Shown here in pieces: positions 58,695-64,000 of a stretch of 64,000 nucleotides of DNA. The notes under the pieces were generated by a model, which saw only the letters and a list, made by a program, of their open reading frames with translations, was not told where the DNA came from and made no database searches. A program made the translations under genes and the position numbers. The stretch is taken from NCBI GenBank assembly GCA_032161105.1, contig JAVHTD010000003.1. One strand, 5' to 3'. The DNA comes from Candidatus Thermosaccharophagus tengchongensis. Its GTDB lineage: Bacteria > Armatimonadota > Fervidibacteria > Fervidibacterales > Thermosaccharophagaceae. The first letter of the stretch is position 1, and every line of letters starts with the position of its first letter.

Positions 58695-59405
58695 TTACCG
58701 AACTAAGCCTATGCGCCATAAAGGCCACCAGCGAAACAATGCCTTCCCCTGCAACCTATCCCTCGTGACGAAGCCCCAGCGCCTGCTATCGGAGCTGTTT
58801 GAGCGGTTATCGCCCATCACAAAATAGCACCCTTCGGGGACGCGCACCCAACGCTTGCCCGAATGCATAACTACACACTTTGAAAGCTCGTGAGCATTCA
58901 TCCAGTCGCCGAAGTCATCGGGGAAGTTCTCAAAGCTTCTAAATTGGACATAGGGTTCGTCAAGCTTCTCACCGTTGACGAAAACCTGCCCACCCTCAAT
59001 CCTGATGAGGTCATTCGGTATCCCGATGACCCGCTTTATGTATGTCGTCTGATTTTGGTGAGCGCTTAACTTGAGCGCCTCTGGCGGTGCCTCAAAGACG
59101 ACCACCTCCTGCCTCCTCGGTTCGCGAAAGCGATAGAGGAACTTGCTGACCAATATCTTGTCGTTGACCTCAAGCGTTGGGCTCATTGAAGATGACGGTA
59201 TGTGGAAGGCATGCACAATGAACGGGCGTATGATAAGCATCACAAGGATGAGCGCAAACAGCAATGCCTCTACAATTTCAATCAGCTGCTTGCGCACAAC
59301 TTCAAGCCTATCCCATGATGCTAATGCCAACGCAGCCCTAACTATCGCAAGGACAACAATAACAACCCCCCACAGGGCTGGCGATGACAGCACTTCCCAG
59401 CGCAT
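58695..59405 (-). CDS. lepB: Signal peptidase I
   Basis: IPSSSMSPTL (catalytic Ser), IKRVIG (catalytic Lys), GDNRSNSSDSR. Confidence 0.95.
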   Translation of the reverse strand: MRWEVLSSPALWGVVIVVLAIVRAALALASWDRLEVVRKQLIEIVEALLFALILVMLIIRPFIVHAFHIPSSSMSPTLEVNDKILVSKFLYRFREPRRQEVVVFEAPPEALKLSAHQNQTTYIKRVIGIPNDLIRIEGGQVFVNGEKLDEPYVQFRSFENFPDDFGDWMNAHELSKCVVMHSGKRWVRVPEGCYFVMGDNRSNSSDSRRWGFVTRDRLQGKALFRWWPLWRIGLVR

Positions 59406-59480
59406 CCGTATTCACTTCCCATCTGACGAATCGCCAGCGATAAAGCTTATGTCACTGCACCATGCCATCATCCCTCGTGG

Positions 59481-59903
59481 CTATTCATCTGTGCCCTCCA
59501 GCGCTGCGCTTTCGGATTCACGCGAGCGCTGCTTATCGGCTTCAGCCCTCGCTCTATCCTCCTTCAACCTCGCAGCCTTGCCCTTGAGCTCACGAAGGTA
59601 GTAAAGGCGAGCTCGCCTGACCTTCTGCCGCCTGACGACCTCCAAGCGAACAATGCTCGGTGAATGGAGGAAGAAAGTCCTCTCAATAGCGACATTGTGT
59701 GCGCCAATACGCCTGACCGTGAATGTCTCGCTTGTGCCACTGCCTCTCCTTCGTATTACGACTCCTTCAAACACCTGCTCCTTCTCCTTGTCGCCCTCAA
59801 GATACCTCGTTGTGACTCGCACGATGTCACCCGGACGAAAGTCGGGAAGTTCATCCTTGCGCATGTAGTTCCGCTCAACTTGCTGTAATAGGCGCATATC
59901 CAT
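59481..59903 (-). CDS. rplS: 50S ribosomal protein L19
   Basis: [34 protein letters not shown]. Confidence 0.97.
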   Translation of the reverse strand: MDMRLLQQVERNYMRKDELPDFRPGDIVRVTTRYLEGDKEKEQVFEGVVIRRRGSGTSETFTVRRIGAHNVAIERTFFLHSPSIVRLEVVRRQKVRRARLYYLRELKGKAARLKEDRARAEADKQRSRESESAALEGTDE

Positions 59904-60116
59904 AGTTGCCTACCTCCCAACGGTCTGTGAAGCCCGCAATCAGCATCTGAGAACTCATTCTCACATCAACGCATAATCAACTCACCATGCCAATTTGAGC
60001 GAGGTCAACTGCCATGAGTTGGGGAAATCCAACAGGGCTATATGTGCCAAAGCCATTATAGCGCGCATGTGCTTTCCATGCGCAATGGGACGGAATTGGG
60101 CAACACAAAAGACTCA

Positions 60117-60638
60117 CTATGGCTCAACCATTTTGCGCTTGCTCGCACGCTGCATGAGCAGCATTGCAATTACGCTCATCGTTCCAAAGGTGAGCGCCAT
60201 GTCAGCTATGTTGAAGACGGGCCATACGCGCAGGTCAATGAAGTCAACGACGCTGCCACGAAAGAATCTGTCAAGCGTATTCCCGACACCGCCGCCAAAC
60301 ATCAGTCCAAAGGCTATGCACGCAAACGGATGCTCACAAAGCAGATGCCTGCCCCACAAAAGCAACCCCACAAGGCAGATGATGGACAGCAATATCAACC
60401 CATCGCCGATACCGTGAGCGAGCCCGAAGGCAATGCCATAATTTCGCACATGCTTTAAGTGGAGCACACCCGTAATCAAAACCCTCTCACTGCCCACGGG
60501 GAGCAACGAGCATATGAGCGCTTTGCTTATCTGGTCAACTGTTACGGTCATTGCAGCCACAACAATGGCATAAATCCAGCGCCGAAGCAAAAGGGAGTTT
60601 GTGATGCAAAGGCGCAGATGTGAACCTTTGTCATTCAT
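60117..60638 (-). CDS. lspA: Lipoprotein signal peptidase II
   Basis: DQISK, NYGIAFG, GN.LDR, VVDFID, VFNIAD. Confidence 0.95.
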   Translation of the reverse strand: MNDKGSHLRLCITNSLLLRRWIYAIVVAAMTVTVDQISKALICSLLPVGSERVLITGVLHLKHVRNYGIAFGLAHGIGDGLILLSIICLVGLLLWGRHLLCEHPFACIAFGLMFGGGVGNTLDRFFRGSVVDFIDLRVWPVFNIADMALTFGTMSVIAMLLMQRASKRKMVEP

Positions 60639-60879
60639 CTCGCTTATGCTCCCACAACAGACGAGCTCAAACTCACAAACTCAACCGCAACATTGCATGA
60701 TAAGCCACGCGCATACCCTGCGCCATTTGTGACCATCGCATGTGTGAGCTTTGTGAGCTTCATACAACTCGTTCTGGCACGAACTCACCTCATGATACAT
60801 GATAGCTTAATGCCGCCACCAAAATGAGCGCCGATGGTGACGCAAACCGCCAATGCTCAATGCGCTTGGAGGGAGCACA

Positions 60880-62409
60880 ATGGAGCAATGGCAATCTGGC
60901 GCCATACAAGAGGGAGGAATGCATCCCCCTGTGCGTCCAGCCATAAAGCTGTTGGGCGATGAGTTCGTAGAACGCATAGTGAGTGAGGCACTGGATATAT
61001 TGAGCAAGGTTGGCGTGTTCATTGAGCATGATGAAGCCCTCTCAATGCTCGGCGATGCCGGGGCAAAAGTTGACATGGCGAAGAAGCGAGCCCTTATCGG
61101 CGATGACTTGGTTTGGAGATGCTTGAAGAGCGCTCCAAGCAGATTGAGGCTATACGATAGGGATGGCAATGCATCAATTGAACTTTGCGGCATGGAAGTT
61201 CATTTCACCCCGGGCTCAGCAGCCCTCAACATTTTAGATGCGAAATCGGGCAGGATAAGGCGAGCCGTTAGCGATGATGCAGTTGCATTTGCCAGAATAG
61301 CGGACGCGTTGCAAAATATTGACGCACAAAGCACCGCCGTTATACCTTCGGACATACCGCACGAAATCGCCGATAGGTATCGTTTGTTCATCGTGCTCAC
61401 AAATTCAACCAAGCCAATTGTGACCGGCACATTCACAATTGAGGGCTTCACCGTGATGAAGGAGATGCTCACTGTCATTCGTGGAAGCGAAGAGGAGCTG
61501 CGAAAGAAGCCGCTTGCCGTGTTTGATGCGTGCCCATCACCGCCGTTGAAATGGAGCAGGTTGACAGCTCAGTCACTCATTGACTGTGCCACTTATGGCA
61601 TACCTGCTGAAATTGTCTCAATGCCCCTCCTCGGCGTAAGCGCTCCAGTGACTCTGTCTGGGGCGCTCGTCCAACACACTGCCGAGTGCCTTAGCGGAAT
61701 AGTCATTCATCAACTCGCTTCCCCGGGAGCTCCGATAATCTACGGCGGTTCTCCGGGTGTCTTTGATATGCGTCATGGGACCGTCGCAATGGGAGCAATT
61801 GAAGTGGCAATGCTCACCGCTGCGTATGCGCAAATCGGACAATACTTTGGTCTCCCAACACATGGTTACCTTGGGTTGAGCGACTCTAAGCTCTTGGATG
61901 CGCAAGCCGGTGTTGAATCGGCTATCGGGATGCTCATAGGGGCGCTTGCTGGAGTAAACATGATCGCCGGAGCGGGGATGATTGAGTTTGAAAACTGCCA
62001 AAGCCCAGAAAAGCTCGTCCTTGATAACGATGTGTGCGGCATGGTAAGGCGCATGCTCAAAGGCATAGAACAGCGTTCAGTGGTAATCGCTGAAGACCTA
62101 TATGATGACATAATGTCAGCGGAGCACTTCCTCACATCCGAGCACACGCTTAAATGGATGCGACATGAACTGCTGTTTCCGTCACAAGCCATTGACCGAT
62201 TGACAAAGGAAGCTTGGGAGCGAGCCGGCGGATTGGATGCTGTGAAAAAGTGCGCAAGCATTGTTGAAGAGATCGTCTCAACGCACCGCCCGAAGAAGTT
62301 GCAAGATGATAAGCTCAATGCGCTCACCGAGATAATGCTCGCCGAGGGGCGCAAATATGGCATCAAGCATATGCCGGCTTTGGATGCCATCCTGCATTCT
62401 GACGAATAA
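60880..62409 (+). CDS. Trimethylamine methyltransferase (MttB) superfamily protein, non-pyrrolysine type
   Basis: A..ILSKVGV, AP, TKP, PLKW, APVTL.G, G.P..YG, DMRHG, GLSDSK..DAQAG.E, AG.IE, E..V.DND, HFL. Leu occupies the site I align to Pyl. Confidence 0.9.
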   Translation: MEQWQSGAIQEGGMHPPVRPAIKLLGDEFVERIVSEALDILSKVGVFIEHDEALSMLGDAGAKVDMAKKRALIGDDLVWRCLKSAPSRLRLYDRDGNASIELCGMEVHFTPGSAALNILDAKSGRIRRAVSDDAVAFARIADALQNIDAQSTAVIPSDIPHEIADRYRLFIVLTNSTKPIVTGTFTIEGFTVMKEMLTVIRGSEEELRKKPLAVFDACPSPPLKWSRLTAQSLIDCATYGIPAEIVSMPLLGVSAPVTLSGALVQHTAECLSGIVIHQLASPGAPIIYGGSPGVFDMRHGTVAMGAIEVAMLTAAYAQIGQYFGLPTHGYLGLSDSKLLDAQAGVESAIGMLIGALAGVNMIAGAGMIEFENCQSPEKLVLDNDVCGMVRRMLKGIEQRSVVIAEDLYDDIMSAEHFLTSEHTLKWMRHELLFPSQAIDRLTKEAWERAGGLDAVKKCASIVEEIVSTHRPKKLQDDKLNALTEIMLAEGRKYGIKHMPALDAILHSDE

Positions 62410-62512
62410 AGGCGCACAGCTTTCGCATCATAGCAGTGCTACATCTTTTTGGCAGCACGGCTCTCTCAATTGGTGATGGATTGTCGGGTTGATCTTGAGG
62501 GGCGACTGAGCT

Positions 62513-63667
62513 ATGAAGGGCGGCTTCATATACCTCAACAACGCTGCCACATCCTTCCCAAAGCCGAAAGAGGTCTACCGTGCAGTCATGGATTACATGC
62601 GCCATCTGGGAGTGAGCCTTGGCAGGGGCACAGATAGCCTGACAGTTGCTGCCGAGAGACTCGCTTACAGCACGAGGGAATTGCTCGCATCACTATTTGG
62701 CATCAAAGACCCGCTGCGCATCGCTTTCACATTTAATGCGACACACGCTTTGAACATCGCCATTAAGGGCTTCCTTAAAGGCGGTGAGCATGTCATTACC
62801 ACGAGCATGGAGCATAACGCCGTTTGGCGACCGCTGAAATACCTTGAGCGGACAATGGGAATTGAACTGACCGTGATTCAGTGCGATGGCGAGGGAAGAC
62901 TTAACCCTATGGAGGTTGAACGCCACATAAGGCGAAATACGAGGCTCATCGTGATGACACATGCCTCAAATGTCACTGGCACAATAATGCCAATCTGCGA
63001 TGTGGGCGAAATAGCGAGGCGGCATGGGATACCGTTCCTTGTGGATGCAGCTCAAAGCGCCGGCATCCTGCCAATTGATGTTGATGAGATGAACATAGAC
63101 ATGCTCGCTTTCACTGGGCACAAGGGCTTACTCGGACCCCAGGGCATCGGTGGACTGTATGTCCGAGAGGGGATTGACATTGAACCGCTGATACATGGTG
63201 GGACTGGCTCACACTCACACCTTGAGGAGCAACCGCCGGAGATGCCAGAAAGAATTGAAGCCGGAACACTTAACATGCCGGCTATAGCCGGGCTCAATGC
63301 CGCCATAGGCTTTCTGATGCGTTACGGAATTGACAGGGTGCGCCAGCGTGAGTTGGCGCTAACGGAGTTAATGTTGCGCGAGTTATCAAGGCTCAATGGT
63401 GTGAGAATCTTCGGACCAAAATCGGCATGCGAGCGCGTCGGCATTGTCTCATTCACCATTGATGGACTTGATTGCGGCGAGGTGGCTATGAGGCTTGAGA
63501 GGCAGTTTGGCATAATCGTGCGATGGGGATTGCACTGCGCGCCGATGGCGCACCGCACTATAGGCACTTTTGAGACGGGCACTATTAGGGCGAGCGTCAG
63601 CCTGTTCAACACTGAGAAAGATGTGCTCGCACTCGCGACGGCGTTACGAAAGATATGCAGGGGTTAA
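62513..63667 (+). CDS. Cysteine desulfurase-like aminotransferase class V
   Basis: YLNNAATSFPKP, NAT, EHNA, HASNVTG, DAAQ, TGHK (PLP Lys), GT.N, GLHCAP, R.S. Confidence 0.9.
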   Translation: MKGGFIYLNNAATSFPKPKEVYRAVMDYMRHLGVSLGRGTDSLTVAAERLAYSTRELLASLFGIKDPLRIAFTFNATHALNIAIKGFLKGGEHVITTSMEHNAVWRPLKYLERTMGIELTVIQCDGEGRLNPMEVERHIRRNTRLIVMTHASNVTGTIMPICDVGEIARRHGIPFLVDAAQSAGILPIDVDEMNIDMLAFTGHKGLLGPQGIGGLYVREGIDIEPLIHGGTGSHSHLEEQPPEMPERIEAGTLNMPAIAGLNAAIGFLMRYGIDRVRQRELALTELMLRELSRLNGVRIFGPKSACERVGIVSFTIDGLDCGEVAMRLERQFGIIVRWGLHCAPMAHRTIGTFETGTIRASVSLFNTEKDVLALATALRKICRG

Positions 63668-63736
63668 GCAGCTGTCTCAGCCATTGCAATCCGAGAGAGG
63701 CAGCTGGCAAAATGCGTTTTGGGGTGAGGAAGCAAG

Positions 63737-64000
63737 ATGAGGTGGTATGCCTTAAGCATTGGAGATGCGGTGTCGCATTCATCCAAAAGCAGCCAGCCGC
63801 TCATACTCGCAGTGGATGATGATCACGCCGTGATAGAACTTCTGCGCGTGTGCTTGGAACATGAGGGTTTCAAAGTCATCACAGCTATGGACGGACTTCA
63901 AGCATTGATGCTGCTCCGCCGATACAACCCCGATGTTGTAATCTTGGACATTTACATGCCGGTGCTTGATGGGTGGGGAGTGCTTGAAGTGATACGCTCC
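63737..64000 (+). CDS. Response regulator receiver domain protein, 3' end outside window
   Basis: Manual translation gives ...LILAVDDDHAVIELLRVCLEHEGFKVITAMDG...PDVVILDIYMPVLDGW. Absent from the ORF track because it has no stop within the window. Confidence 0.9.
   Translation, partial: MRWYALSIGDAVSHSSKSSQPLILAVDDDHAVIELLRVCLEHEGFKVITAMDGLQALMLLRRYNPDVVILDIYMPVLDGWGVLEVIRS

Noticed and set aside
60880..62409. Pyrrolysine (TAG) read-through in the MttB-family gene
   Set aside because: The ORF is uninterrupted and the Pyl-equivalent codon is TTG (Leu).

Overview
64 kb of gene-dense bacterial chromosome. The tandem [10 protein letters not shown]...AAILFPV(F/L)A(K/R)AREKAR / H-X9-DG prepilin-like genes, plus Terrabacteria-type gene orders (rplS-lepB, nadK-recN-steA-steB), suggest Armatimonadota (inference only). 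Content: end of a metal ABC transporter; two DUF1559-type prepilin-like genes with a shared unusual leader; carbohydrate-active and sugar redox genes (GH2, GH172/DUF2961, a degenerate GH39-like protein, three xylose-isomerase-like TIM barrels, two Gfo/Idh/MocA, a Zn-dependent dehydrogenase); envelope genes (class A PBP, deacetylase, YfhO-like, GT-C-like proteins, SteA/SteB with GT2 and an MraY-like gene); housekeeping genes (argG, thrB, acyP, larB, purD, leuB, recN, nadK, lepB, rplS, lspA, nnr); a corrinoid protein; a non-pyrrolysine MttB-family methyltransferase; a cysteine desulfurase; and a partial response regulator. Best finding: a membrane-anchored rhodanese whose apparent TGA stop (11919-11921) lies inside the domain at a Cys-equivalent position and is followed by a SECIS-like hairpin, so it is probably a hidden selenoprotein. 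It sits between a WrbA-type flavodoxin and a MauE/DoxX gene. A second mis-called gene appears to start at CTG (3978). I recognised no rRNA, tRNA, CRISPR array or mobile element. All calls are by motif recognition; no database searches were run.
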